Notes: generated by a model from the sequence alone, not told the origin. A DNA stretch of 64,000 bases from an uncultured delta proteobacterium (GCA_963706575.1 CAVPNL010000008.1:256001-320000); one strand, 5' to 3'; positions 30,380 to 40,029 are shown, counted from the stretch's first letter. Numbers and translations: made by a program.

Positions 30380-31756
30380 ATGATGACGGATCCAGACCTG
30401 AAAGTTTATCCGATTTTACTGGCGGGGGGTACCGGTACCCGTCTGTGGCCGGTTTCCAGAGAGCTGTATCCCAAACAGCTGGTAAATTTCGTCGGTGAAG
30501 ACTCCCTGCTGCAGGATACGATCAAGCGGTTGTCGCCGGTGCTGAATCCGGAGAATGTCAAAGTCGTTTGCGGTGAGCAGCATTTCCATGAAACCGCAAG
30601 ACAGATTGAAAATCTCGGTCTTGCGCCGCAAGGAAAACTGATATGTGAGCCCAGCGGCCGCAATACGGCGCCGGCAATTCTGCTGGCCGTGCTGCACATT
30701 CTGGCTATTGATCAGGATGCGGTTTTATGTGTTTTTCCGGCCGATCATGTCATCCAGGATCTGGATGGCTTCCACGACAGACTCAGAGCAGCCACTGCGC
30801 TGGCCAGCGATGGCTATATCGTTACCTTTGGCATTCAGCCCCATTATCCCGAGACAGGATACGGGTATGTCGAGTGCGGCAAAAAACTGTCTCACGGCGC
30901 CCGGGTGCTCAAACGCTTTGTTGAAAAGCCGGATCTGGCCACCGCCCAAAAATACATTAAGGCCGGTAATTTTTTCTGGAACAGCGGCATGTTTGCCTTC
31001 AAGGCCTCGGTAATCCTTGCGGAATTCAAAAGCCACCAGCCGGATTTATTGAAAAAAATGAAATCGATTTTTAAGGTGGATAAACCGATCGCCCGCAAAG
31101 ATTATGATCAACTCAGCGATATCTCCATCGATTATGCCATCATGGAAAAAACCGCAAAAGGGGTCGTGCTGCCCTCTGATTTCGGCTGGAGCGATATCGG
31201 CTCCTGGAAATCCCTTTATGATTTTCTGAAAAAAGATGACGATAGCAACGTCATCGATGGTGACGTCATCGCGCAAGACACCCGCAATTGCCTGATCCTC
31301 GGGCATGATCGCCTGATCGCGACCAATCGCCTGCGGGGTATGGTTGTGGTCGAAACCCCGGATTCCGTTTTTGTCTCCGACCTTGAACACAGCCGCGAGG
31401 TGAAATCCATTGTTACTGAATTGAAGGAGAAGCAGCGCCGAGAGCATCAGCAGCATCGCAGCGTGTATCACCCCTGGGGCATATCAAAGCTCCTCGAGCA
31501 CAAAGACAATTATGCTTCAGCCGAGTTGACGGTGTATCCGCATTCTTCACTTGAGCTGCCGGCGCAGACAGACACGGTGTATCATCTTTTTATTTTAAAA
31601 GGTCGGGTGAAGATCATCACCGGCTCTGAAGAAAAAACCATGGGTTCCGGAGAAGCGATCACCTGGTGTGCAGAAGAACAGGCGAGTATCGAGAATGCCG
31701 CAAAAACTGAACTTTCTCTGATTCAGATAGAGCTGAAAAATCAAATGGATAATTAG
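30380..31756 (+). CDS. manC: Mannose-1-phosphate guanylyltransferase with degenerate C-terminal cupin
   Basis: LAGGTGTRLWP.SR..PKQ, EPSGRNTAPA, PADH, FVEKP, WNSGMF, SIDYAIME, WSDIGSW. Confidence 0.92.
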   Translation: MMTDPDLKVYPILLAGGTGTRLWPVSRELYPKQLVNFVGEDSLLQDTIKRLSPVLNPENVKVVCGEQHFHETARQIENLGLAPQGKLICEPSGRNTAPAILLAVLHILAIDQDAVLCVFPADHVIQDLDGFHDRLRAATALASDGYIVTFGIQPHYPETGYGYVECGKKLSHGARVLKRFVEKPDLATAQKYIKAGNFFWNSGMFAFKASVILAEFKSHQPDLLKKMKSIFKVDKPIARKDYDQLSDISIDYAIMEKTAKGVVLPSDFGWSDIGSWKSLYDFLKKDDDSNVIDGDVIAQDTRNCLILGHDRLIATNRLRGMVVVETPDSVFVSDLEHSREVKSIVTELKEKQRREHQQHRSVYHPWGISKLLEHKDNYASAELTVYPHSSLELPAQTDTVYHLFILKGRVKIITGSEEKTMGSGEAITWCAEEQASIENAAKTELSLIQIELKNQMDN

Positions 31757-31826
31757 CGCGTTATCCTGAAATATCCATATCATATTGGTACAATTGCCAA
31801 AATTGTGTTATTCGCAATATATCAAA

Positions 31827-31846
31827 AGATGGAAAATTTTCCATCT
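31827..31846. promoter_or_regulatory. Perfect 20-bp palindrome, candidate operator
   Basis: agatggaaaattttccatct is its own reverse complement, about 32 bp upstream of the NYN gene. Confidence 0.45.
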
Positions 31847-31878
31847 ACTAAAAATGCAAGAATTATTAAAGGGGAAAC

Positions 31879-32619
31879 ATGTTAGACGAAAAAATGGAAA
31901 AATTGGCCGTATTAATAGATGCAGACAACGCTCAACCTTCTATTGTTGACGGACTACTATCGGAAATCGCAAAATATGGAACAGCTAATGTAAAAAGGAT
32001 TTACGGTGACTGGACGCTGCCGGGCCTTAAAGGGTGGAAGGAAGTTCTTTTACAGTATTCAATACAGCCCATACAGCAATTTGGGTATACTTCAGGGAAA
32101 AATGCAACCGACAGTGCATTGATAATTGACGCAATGGATTTACTTTACACGGGCAAATTTGACGGTTTTTGTATCGTATCCAGCGATAGTGATTTCACTA
32201 AGTTAGCATCAAGGCTAAGGGAAGCTGGCCTTTTTGTATATGGATTTGGGGAGAGAAAAACTCCTGAAGCATTTGTTTCCGCGTGTGATAAGTTTGTTTT
32301 CACTGAAGTGCTGCGTTCCAAGGATGATTATACTGAGAAAATAAGGCGCAAGACAACCAGCGGACTTAAGAAAGACACGAACCTCGTTAATTTATTAAGA
32401 AACGCTGTTGAGGCATCTTCGGACGATTCTGGTTGGGCTCATCTTGCATCCGTGGGTAGCAACATTGCCAAGCAGGCACCAGAGTTTGATCCCCGAAACT
32501 ATGGTTACAAAAAGCTGGGGGAACTTGCATCAGCAACAAAGCTCTTCCAGATCGAAGAAAGAGCTATTGGCGTTGGACCTTCAAAGGCAATTTATTTAAA
32601 AGACAAAAGAAAGAAATAA
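31879..32619 (+). CDS. NYN domain (LabA/PIN-like) protein with C-terminal OST-HTH/LOTUS domain
   Basis: LIDADN, RIYGDW, GKNATD, IDAMD, VSSDSDF, ACDKF; FDPRNYGYKKL; more AT-rich than flanks. Confidence 0.92.
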   Translation: MLDEKMEKLAVLIDADNAQPSIVDGLLSEIAKYGTANVKRIYGDWTLPGLKGWKEVLLQYSIQPIQQFGYTSGKNATDSALIIDAMDLLYTGKFDGFCIVSSDSDFTKLASRLREAGLFVYGFGERKTPEAFVSACDKFVFTEVLRSKDDYTEKIRRKTTSGLKKDTNLVNLLRNAVEASSDDSGWAHLASVGSNIAKQAPEFDPRNYGYKKLGELASATKLFQIEERAIGVGPSKAIYLKDKRKK

Positions 32620-32629
32620 GGACCAAAAC

Positions 32630-32735
32630 TTCTAACAATGCAGATGAAGCAGACATGAAGAAACGGGGAGGTTTACCGTAAAAGCCTTGCAGGTTCGAAA
32701 CATATCAGGCACGCAGCTTAGCCGTGGTGTTAGGC
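32630..32735 (+). mobile_element. Integron attC recombination site (solitary)
   Basis: R'' TTCTAAC just after the NYN stop; L'' TGAAGCAGAC pairs with L' GCAGCTTA leaving an unpaired G and A; R' GTTAGGC fits GTTRRRY; 106 bp. Confidence 0.72.
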
Positions 32736-32774
32736 GATTTACAAATTTATAATTTTCTGCAAAAGGAGATCAAA

Positions 32775-33164
32775 ATGAATATCTATATAGGCAATTTATC
32801 GAATGAAGTAACCGAAGAAGATTTAAAACAAGCTTTCGAGAGTTTCGGGGAGGTCGAATCCGTAAAGATCATTAAAGACAAATACACTAACAGGTCAAAA
32901 GGATTTGGATTCGTGGAGATGCCCTCTAAAGCTGAAGGGCAGTCTGCAATCGATGGCCTAAATGGCAAAGAGCTAAAAGGAAAAGCGCTTAATGTGAATG
33001 AGGCTCGTCCTCGCACCGAAAGTCGCGGTAGTGGAGGAGGATACGGCGGTGGCAGAGGAGGATACGGCGGTGGCAGAGGAGGACAAGGTGGTGGCAGAGG
33101 AGGACAAGGTGGTGGCAGAGGAGGATACGGCGGTGGCAGAGGAGGACGAGGGCGTGGCAGATGA
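32775..33164 (+). CDS. RRM RNA-binding protein with Gly/Arg-rich tail
   Basis: IYIGNL (RNP2), KGFGFVEM (RNP1), LNVNEARPR; RBS aaggag; start moved to ATG 32775. Confidence 0.95.
   Translation: MNIYIGNLSNEVTEEDLKQAFESFGEVESVKIIKDKYTNRSKGFGFVEMPSKAEGQSAIDGLNGKELKGKALNVNEARPRTESRGSGGGYGGGRGGYGGGRGGQGGGRGGQGGGRGGYGGGRGGRGRGR
33036..33161 (+). repeat. Coding 21-bp tandem repeat x6 (GGYGGGR / GGQGGGR)
   Basis: ggaggatacggcggtggcaga-type units run up to the stop codon. Confidence 0.92.
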
Positions 33165-33329
33165 GGACCAAAGGGTGCTCGTAGCTTCTAATCATCGATA
33201 TTCAACATATATATATGTGCAACCCACTTTATTGCTGAATTTTAGATTCGGCTATGCTTACATAATCTGATTCGGGCAGAAATATTTTGGATATGATAAT
33301 AAGACTTAAAATTTTTGAGATTTTAGAAA

Positions 33330-34331
33330 TTAACGATGAAGCTCGTATGCCTCTTTGGCTTCTTCCTGCAGAAGGTGCTCCTGATCGGTATAGCGCGGCG
33401 AAAAATGAAAAATGGTAAATTGTTTTGCATGGGCTTTAGCGGCCAGCATTCCGGCCTGGCGGGCGGTGAGATGGTTTTTTTCGGCGGCAATATCTTTATG
33501 TACCTCCAAAAAGGCGGCCTCGATATAAAGATGATCGGCATCTTTTGCCAGTGAAACGATTTTTTGCTGATTTTGCGGACTGTAAGCCGCATCGGCAATG
33601 TAAGTAATTTTTTGCCCTGGCGTGATCAAAGCAATCTTTTCGGCCAGCTCCCCCAGCCGGAATCGCTGAGTTTGACCGCTGCCCGCTTTAACCTCAAATT
33701 CAGATTCAGAATCCCGGCCGTCATAAAGGGCCTGTTTAAAATCCGTCAGCCAGGGACCGGTTGCAAGCCCCAACGCAGCAAGCCGGTTTTTGTTGATGTT
33801 GACGTGGAAGCGCTCTTTGATGGCAAACCCCAGGCAGGGGATACCGTGGTCTAAAACAGCCACCGAAATCATAAATGCCGGCTCTGCATATATCACGTCT
33901 TTATACGGCGTGCGGACGGCCTTGCGCACCGGGATGAATTCATTCTGACACAGGTACTCCCGGGTGAGCAGGTAATCGCGGTGGACTTCCGTCAGGTGCA
34001 GCCCGAGGCGGTAAGGGTAATTTTCAACCAGGTTCCATGAATAGGCCGCCAGTTTCCCTTCCATATTTTTAAAAAATCCCCGAGGACCATAAAGATGCAA
34101 TTTTTTTTCGCGACCCAGCGAGATTCGCAGGATACGGTCGAAACCGATAAAATGATCGACGTGGGTGTGGCTGATGAAGGCGTGGCTGATTTTGAGTAGA
34201 TCGCGGGCAGTAAGAGGCAGCGTGTTGCCCAGATCGAAAATGATCGCCCGGTTTTCAAAAAGAAAAGGGATGTATAGGCCGGGGTCCTCAAACGGCCCGT
34301 TGATTAATCTGGGATGAAAACGGGGGCGCAT
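33330..34331 (-). CDS. Ribonuclease Z-like metallo-beta-lactamase fold hydrolase
   Basis: NGPFEDP, HTHVDH (HxHxDH), DH...GF, GPW, HLTA, HFSPRY. Confidence 0.85.
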   Translation of the reverse strand: MRPRFHPRLINGPFEDPGLYIPFLFENRAIIFDLGNTLPLTARDLLKISHAFISHTHVDHFIGFDRILRISLGREKKLHLYGPRGFFKNMEGKLAAYSWNLVENYPYRLGLHLTEVHRDYLLTREYLCQNEFIPVRKAVRTPYKDVIYAEPAFMISVAVLDHGIPCLGFAIKERFHVNINKNRLAALGLATGPWLTDFKQALYDGRDSESEFEVKAGSGQTQRFRLGELAEKIALITPGQKITYIADAAYSPQNQQKIVSLAKDADHLYIEAAFLEVHKDIAAEKNHLTARQAGMLAAKAHAKQFTIFHFSPRYTDQEHLLQEEAKEAYELHR

Positions 34332-34753
34332 TATGCGGGCAGATATTTTTTAACCTGCTGATGGATATTCAGATAAATATCTTCGTCGGATCCGTAGATA
34401 TCCACAACGTCTTTATGTTTGATAAGCTTTTCAATGACAAAGGCCGTCAGAAATAGGCTGACGACATGGGGCTGAGGAACCAGATTGCGTATGGGTGACA
34501 CCGCATAGTCGATTTCGAAATCATCAGCGCGGCCCAGCTTCTCCAGACACCTCTTTATTTGATCTTCCAGAGAATTTTTATTGGTGGTTTCCACCAGATC
34601 GTCATCGACCAGTTTCATCGCAATTGAATTGGACAGGGAGTCGATACAATCCTTGATCCCATTGATTGCCAGTCTGCGGGTATGCTCTTTTTGAGATTCA
34701 ATTTTGGACAGAATTGTGGATTCACGAGAACTCGGCCGAAATACTTTTGCCAT
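34331..34753 (-). CDS. Conserved hypothetical protein
   Basis: ORF coupled to the RNase Z-like gene; gaggtg RBS before ATG 34753. Confidence 0.7.
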   Translation of the reverse strand: MAKVFRPSSRESTILSKIESQKEHTRRLAINGIKDCIDSLSNSIAMKLVDDDLVETTNKNSLEDQIKRCLEKLGRADDFEIDYAVSPIRNLVPQPHVVSLFLTAFVIEKLIKHKDVVDIYGSDEDIYLNIHQQVKKYLPA

Positions 34754-34900
34754 AATGTCACCTCGGGTTTGAGATACAAAATGAAGCCAATTTAGAGGGA
34801 TCATAATGGGTAACGACCGGGTTTGCAAGCAAAATATTGAACGGACATAACCCTAAAGTTTTTCCCGAAACGTGCCGATATTATTCATGATGGGCACCTT

Positions 34901-36880
34901 ATGGTTCAGCCCCCTGCTACAAAATCATTCTGGAGTAAAACTGCCAATATGACGACGGCAAAAAAGAACATATCCATTCGTGATGAGGACTCCGATAGAC
35001 GGCCTACGGCTATCGATGGGTCCGGTAACGGATTCGGTGACCTGGTGGATCATCTGTTGAAAAACGGTTATCTGACTGAAAAGCAGATTGAATATGCCCG
35101 GCGGGTTCAAACCAAACTCGAAGCATCCCGGCCCCTGTTGCAGGTTATCAAGGAATTGAAATTCATCACGGATGATCAGATTAAAGAAGCCCTTCGTAAA
35201 CATACCGTTTCCATTCGAATTGGCGGGCTATTGGTGGAACTGGGGTATATCGATGCAGCCGACCTTCAAACCGCTCTCAAAATCCAGGCCGGAGAGAAAT
35301 ATAAACGAAAACTCGGCGAAATTTTAGTTGAGCGTTCACTGGTTGACGAGCAAGTGTTGGCGGAGATCCTGTCCCTGCAACTGGGGATAGCGTTTGTTGA
35401 ACCTGAATGGAACAACATCGACCACAAACTCTTCACCAGGGTTCCGTTAAAGTGGTATGAGACACATCATCTGTTGCCCATTCGAGCCGATGGCATGGCT
35501 GTCATCGTCGCTTTTGTTGATCCGCTGGATCAAGATGAATTGCAGGCCGCCCGACAGGTATTTGGAGAAAATATAAGGCCGGCGATTGCCTGCAAAAGTG
35601 CAATCCAGGAAGTCGTAATGAAGTCCCAGCGCAGGGAAATGAAAAAACAGGTCTCTGCGATGGATGAAAATTTTATTATCAGGCTGTTTGACGATATTCT
35701 TTTGGCGGCCATTCAAAGAAATGCCAGTGATATCCACATCGAGCCGTTAGCCTCCCGCCTCCGGATTCGCTTTCGACAGGACGGGGTCCTGACCCATTTT
35801 GAAGATTTTCCTCCTGAAACGGCCCCTGCCGTTGCCAGCCGAATCAAGGTCCTGTGTGAGGTTGACATTACCGAAAAGCGCCGACATCAGGGCGGGCGTT
35901 TTTTCTTTGATCATCCGGATGGGCAGCTGGATCTGCGCGCCTCTTTTTATGTTACGGTGCATGGTGAAAAGGTCGTCCTGCGTCTTTTAAATCGTCACAG
36001 CCAGTTACGCAAAATCGGAGATATCGGATTATCGGATCGCATTCTGCAGCGGTTGTTGGAAGAGGCGCTAGAATTGCCCAGTGGCGTACTTTTATTTACC
36101 GGACCCACCGGTTCCGGAAAAACCACCACCGTGTATAGTTGCCTGCGTCATATTATCGATCCACAAATGAGTGTCATTACCGCCGAAGAACCGGTTGAAT
36201 ACGTCATTGATGGCATATCCCAGTGTTCCATCAATCCGAAAATCGGCTTGACCTATGAAGAAACTTTACGTCATATCTTGCGGCAGGATCCGGATGTTAT
36301 TGTTATTGGTGAAATACGGGATAATTTTTCGGCGGAAGTTGCCGTACAGGCAGCATTGACCGGACATAAAGTTCTAACGACATTTCACACTGAAGACAGC
36401 GTTGGTGGGTTGATTCGCTTGATGAATATGTCCATCGAAGCTTTTATGATTGCTTCAACAGTGGTTAGTGTGATGTCGCAGCGTTTGTTGCGAAAGGTAT
36501 GTCCTTCTTGCAACGTTGCTTACACGCCGACTTCACATGAGCTTCTACGAATTGGTTATTCTGCCAATCAACTCCTCGGGGCTCAGTTCCAGAAAGGCCG
36601 CGGGTGCTCCAACTGCCAGCATACCGGCCACAAAGGGCGTGTCGGCATCTTCGAGCTGCTGATTATGGACGAATCTGTGAGGGATGCCGTCCTGGAACGC
36701 AAACCCAGCAAAGCACTGCGTGAAATCAGTATCGAATCCTCCGGTCTGGTGACCTTGTTGGAGGATGGAATTATCAAGGCAGCACAAGGGGTCACCACTA
36801 TTGATGAATTGCTGCGCAGTCTTCCGCGCTTGCAAAACCCAAGGCCGATGGCCGAACTGAAACGCATAATAGGAGGTTAG
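34901..36880 (+). CDS. GspE/PilB family secretion ATPase with N-terminal MshEN-like motifs
   Basis: ASDIHIEP, GPTGSGKTTT, EEPVEY, LRQDPDVIVIGEIRD, CxxC pairs; RIGGLLVELGYI and KLGEILVERSLV motifs. Confidence 0.9.
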   Translation: MVQPPATKSFWSKTANMTTAKKNISIRDEDSDRRPTAIDGSGNGFGDLVDHLLKNGYLTEKQIEYARRVQTKLEASRPLLQVIKELKFITDDQIKEALRKHTVSIRIGGLLVELGYIDAADLQTALKIQAGEKYKRKLGEILVERSLVDEQVLAEILSLQLGIAFVEPEWNNIDHKLFTRVPLKWYETHHLLPIRADGMAVIVAFVDPLDQDELQAARQVFGENIRPAIACKSAIQEVVMKSQRREMKKQVSAMDENFIIRLFDDILLAAIQRNASDIHIEPLASRLRIRFRQDGVLTHFEDFPPETAPAVASRIKVLCEVDITEKRRHQGGRFFFDHPDGQLDLRASFYVTVHGEKVVLRLLNRHSQLRKIGDIGLSDRILQRLLEEALELPSGVLLFTGPTGSGKTTTVYSCLRHIIDPQMSVITAEEPVEYVIDGISQCSINPKIGLTYEETLRHILRQDPDVIVIGEIRDNFSAEVAVQAALTGHKVLTTFHTEDSVGGLIRLMNMSIEAFMIASTVVSVMSQRLLRKVCPSCNVAYTPTSHELLRIGYSANQLLGAQFQKGRGCSNCQHTGHKGRVGIFELLIMDESVRDAVLERKPSKALREISIESSGLVTLLEDGIIKAAQGVTTIDELLRSLPRLQNPRPMAELKRIIGG

Positions 36881-36882
36881 CA

Positions 36883-37725
36883 ATGCAAACAGAGCGTTCC
36901 TTGGTGGGAATGATTGATCATTTCGTGGCATCTAAAACGGTTAAGCTGCCGGCCTTCAATGCCACCGCCCTTCGTATTCAGAAGGAGGTTGCCAAAGAAG
37001 AGCCGGATTCCCGCCTGATTGAAAAGCTGATTGTCAGTGATCAGTCGCTGACCGGAGAAGTGTTGCGCGTTTCAAATTCTTCATTTTATAAGGGCCTCAG
37101 TCAGGTGGCAACGGTAAGAGATGCGATTATACGTATGGGAAATATAGAAGTGTCCAACATCGTTTCTATGGTTGCCCTTCAACATAATTTTAAGTCCAAA
37201 AATCAAGCCATTCATAAAATCATGGGAAAACTCTGGCGGCATTCAGTGGGCTGTGCAATCGGCGCGAACTGGCTTGCCAGACAGACCGGCTTCCAGGCCT
37301 TGGCGCATGAAACGTTTATTGCCGGACTGCTTCATGATGTGGGCAAACTCTATGTCCTAAAAGTCATAGATGATATGAAGGCCTGTGGAGAGATCAAAAA
37401 ACTGCCGTCCGATACGGTTATCGATGAACTCATGCAACAGCTGCATACCGATCAGGGATATGCCATCATGACTAACTGGAACCTGCCTGAAAAATATTGC
37501 CGGGTTGCACGAGATCATCATCTTGCCGAACTAAACGGTAACAACTTTTTGCTGGTAATGGTTCGGATGGCCAATCACGTGTGCCATAAAATGGGGATCG
37601 GCCTAATTGAAGATCCTTCCATTGTCCTGATGGAAACCCCGGAAGCCGCTCAGCTTCAATTGTCCGAAATGGATCTGGCCCGCATGGAAGTTCGCCTGGA
37701 AGATTCTCAGGTTGTGGCCGCGTAG
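36883..37725 (+). CDS. HDOD domain protein
   Basis: LPAF, D..LT..VL..SNS, LWRHS, AGLLHDVGK, WNLP. Confidence 0.9.
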   Translation: MQTERSLVGMIDHFVASKTVKLPAFNATALRIQKEVAKEEPDSRLIEKLIVSDQSLTGEVLRVSNSSFYKGLSQVATVRDAIIRMGNIEVSNIVSMVALQHNFKSKNQAIHKIMGKLWRHSVGCAIGANWLARQTGFQALAHETFIAGLLHDVGKLYVLKVIDDMKACGEIKKLPSDTVIDELMQQLHTDQGYAIMTNWNLPEKYCRVARDHHLAELNGNNFLLVMVRMANHVCHKMGIGLIEDPSIVLMETPEAAQLQLSEMDLARMEVRLEDSQVVAA

Positions 37726-37727
37726 CT

Positions 37728-37928
37728 GGTTCAAAGGTTCAATGTTCAAGGGTTCCGAGGTTTAATGACAGAAAACAGAGGACAGATAACAGATAGGAAC
37801 CGGTGAGTAGAGCAGCCCTTTGAGGCTGCCAGAAGTCAGGACCAGCCGCCAGAAACCAGTAGCCAAAGGCCAGAATTGGCAAGGCCGAAACCACTGAACG
37901 TAGAACCTTTGAACCCCGAACCCGAACC
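37728..37928. repeat. Composite tandem-array element: GGTTCA / TGAACC outer arms around unpaired ACAGAWA and CCAGWAG arrays and a small hairpin
   Basis: ggttcaaaggttcaatgttcaagggttccgagg ... acagaaaacagaggacagataacagata ... gcagccctttgaggctgc ... ccagaaaccagtagccaaaggccag ... tgaacgtagaacctttgaaccccgaacc. Confidence 0.85.
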
Positions 37929-39646
37929 TATTGCGCATCTTCAATAACCAGCTGGATGGTTTTGCTGTCATTCCAGCGATTCCACCGCAGCCGGAATGCG
38001 ATACGGCTAAATATCGTCTTCTTCAGCAAGTTGTCTTCAGCATTGAAACAGATAGCGGGAACCGGTTTGCCCGATGGTTGAACATTTTGTACCAGCATCA
38101 TTCTGCGGTGGTTTTCGCCGACGATTTTGGAAGATACCACTTTGATGTCTTGGGCCATAAATACGGGTTCAGGATTTTCGGTGCCAAAGGGGCTTAAGGT
38201 TTCAATTTCATCAGTTAGTTCTTGCGATATGTCGTCGAAATGCATCTGGGAATCAACGCTCAAGCGGGGTGTGCGGTCATCGGGCTGAAGCATCCGTCTT
38301 ACCGCTTTTTCAAACGACCGTTGAAATTCAATCAAATTTTCAACTTTAATGGTTAAGCCGGCTGCCATCGAATGGCCGCCAAAATCTTCCAGACAATGCC
38401 GGCAGGACTTCAGCGCTTTATATAAATCCAGACCGGGAATGCTGCGGGCGGACCCTTTACCCAGTTCTCCCGCAACGCTTATCAGTATTACCGGTCGGTA
38501 ATAGGTTTCAACGATACGGGAAGCCACGATACCCAAAACGCCCTGATGCCAGTCGGGGCGCCATTTTACCAGCGTTTGATTATTAAGAAGATCCGGTTGC
38601 TGCTGGCAATCTTCCAGGATGCCTTCCAGGATCGATCGTTCCAGCTCCCGACGCCGATTATTGAATTCGTCCAGCGTTTGCGCCAGTTGTCTTGCTGTGG
38701 CAATATTGTCGGTTGTCAGCAGTTGCAATGCCAGGGAAGCGTGGGCCATTCTGCCGGCAGCGTTTAAGCGCGGAACGAGTCTGAAGGACACATCTTCCGC
38801 GCAGGCCAGTTGATGGGAAATACCCGCCACCTCACACAGTGCCTTTATTCCCGGTCGCGCTTTCGAATTTATAATATCCAACCCCGCTTTTGAAAAAATG
38901 CGATTTTCGCCAACAAGAGGAACGATATCGCCGATGGTCCCCAGAGCCACCAGATCGCAAAAATTTTTTAAATTGGGTTCCGGACGATCGTTCCAGAAGT
39001 TTTGATCCCGCAAATATTTTCGTAAAGCGATAATGAGCGCAAACGCCACGCCCACACCGGCGAGTGATTCCATGCCGGATGCGCAATCCGGGCGTTTAGG
39101 GTTTAGCACGGCTGCCGCCGTTGGGATCTTTTCAGGGACCGTATGATGATCGGTAACAATCACGTCGATGCCGGAGTTGCCGGCTGCGGCAATGGCTTCA
39201 TGGCTTCCGGATCCGCAATCAGTAGTGATAACCAACCGGATTCGGTTGGGCAGGACATGGTTGGTGATATGCTGTAGTTGCAGGCTGTAACCTTCTTTTA
39301 TGCGATGGGGAATATAATAGGTCACATCGGCGCCGACGGTCCGTAAAAAGTCCAGAAGCACGGCTGTGGCGGAGATACCGTCAACGTCGTAGTCTCCGAA
39401 GATTAGAATCTTCTCATTTCCTGTTATGGCCCGGTAGATGCGGTTTACCGCCGCATCCATGTCCTTGAGATCAAAAGGTGAACGGACCCGGTGCAATGAG
39501 GGGGTTAGAAAATTTGAGGCCGCTTCAGCAGATGTCAGGTTGCGGTTGATCAGGACAGCGGCGGTGATCGGATGACAATGCAGGTGTGCACTCAATTTTT
39601 TTATCATCCCAGCGTCGGGCTGCAATATATGCCATTTTTTTTTCAT
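37928..39646 (-). CDS. recJ: Single-stranded-DNA exonuclease RecJ
   Basis: GDYDVDG, TDCG, TDHH (DHH), LGTIGD, PRLNAAGR, GSARS, GGHSMAAG. Confidence 0.97.
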   Translation of the reverse strand: MKKKWHILQPDAGMIKKLSAHLHCHPITAAVLINRNLTSAEAASNFLTPSLHRVRSPFDLKDMDAAVNRIYRAITGNEKILIFGDYDVDGISATAVLLDFLRTVGADVTYYIPHRIKEGYSLQLQHITNHVLPNRIRLVITTDCGSGSHEAIAAAGNSGIDVIVTDHHTVPEKIPTAAAVLNPKRPDCASGMESLAGVGVAFALIIALRKYLRDQNFWNDRPEPNLKNFCDLVALGTIGDIVPLVGENRIFSKAGLDIINSKARPGIKALCEVAGISHQLACAEDVSFRLVPRLNAAGRMAHASLALQLLTTDNIATARQLAQTLDEFNNRRRELERSILEGILEDCQQQPDLLNNQTLVKWRPDWHQGVLGIVASRIVETYYRPVILISVAGELGKGSARSIPGLDLYKALKSCRHCLEDFGGHSMAAGLTIKVENLIEFQRSFEKAVRRMLQPDDRTPRLSVDSQMHFDDISQELTDEIETLSPFGTENPEPVFMAQDIKVVSSKIVGENHRRMMLVQNVQPSGKPVPAICFNAEDNLLKKTIFSRIAFRLRWNRWNDSKTIQLVIEDAQ

Positions 39647-39787
39647 GATCGGCCCTATACCCCATAACCGCGGGATGAACAACCCATATTTGATCCATCT
39701 CCGTTGAGGGCTTTTTTATTGCAAATGATATGGTTGTGATTATACTCATTGGTATTGCGCCCCAAAAGGTCAGTAATATAAGGTAGA

Positions 39788-40029
39788 TTTCGGGTGTCAG
39801 TTCCCGGGTTCAAGGTTCAAAGGTTCAGGGTTCAGAGGTTGTGGTCCGTGGGTTTAGTCGATTTGTTAATTGGTCGAATGGTCAAATAGTTTAGAATGGA
39901 TTGAATCCTCTGACGAATTGACTATTCAACCAATCAACTATTTAACTATACCCCTTGCCCCCTGTATTCTGTTAATTAACCCAGAACGCTGAACCTTTGA
40001 ACCCTGAACCTCTGAACACTGAAACCCGG
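39788..40029. repeat. Three-layer nested tandem-array palindrome
   Basis: Outer cgggtgtcag / ctgaaacccg; middle ggttcaaa / tgaacc arrays; inner 8-bp gtcgaat / attgact module 39842-39946. Confidence 0.92.

Noticed and set aside
32998..33270. ORF with VAEEDTA repeats
   Set aside because: Alternative frame of the RRM 21-bp Gly/Arg repeat
37762..37971. 69-aa minus-strand ORF (also 21032-21460, 39938-40438, 13873-14214, 52805-53284)
   Set aside because: They read through repeat elements or antisense to real genes and give low-complexity peptides such as QGSKVQR
39788..40029. CRISPR array interpretation of the intergenic repeats
   Set aside because: Units are 7-10 bp, contiguous and degenerate, with no 25-45 bp repeats separated by unique spacers and no cas genes
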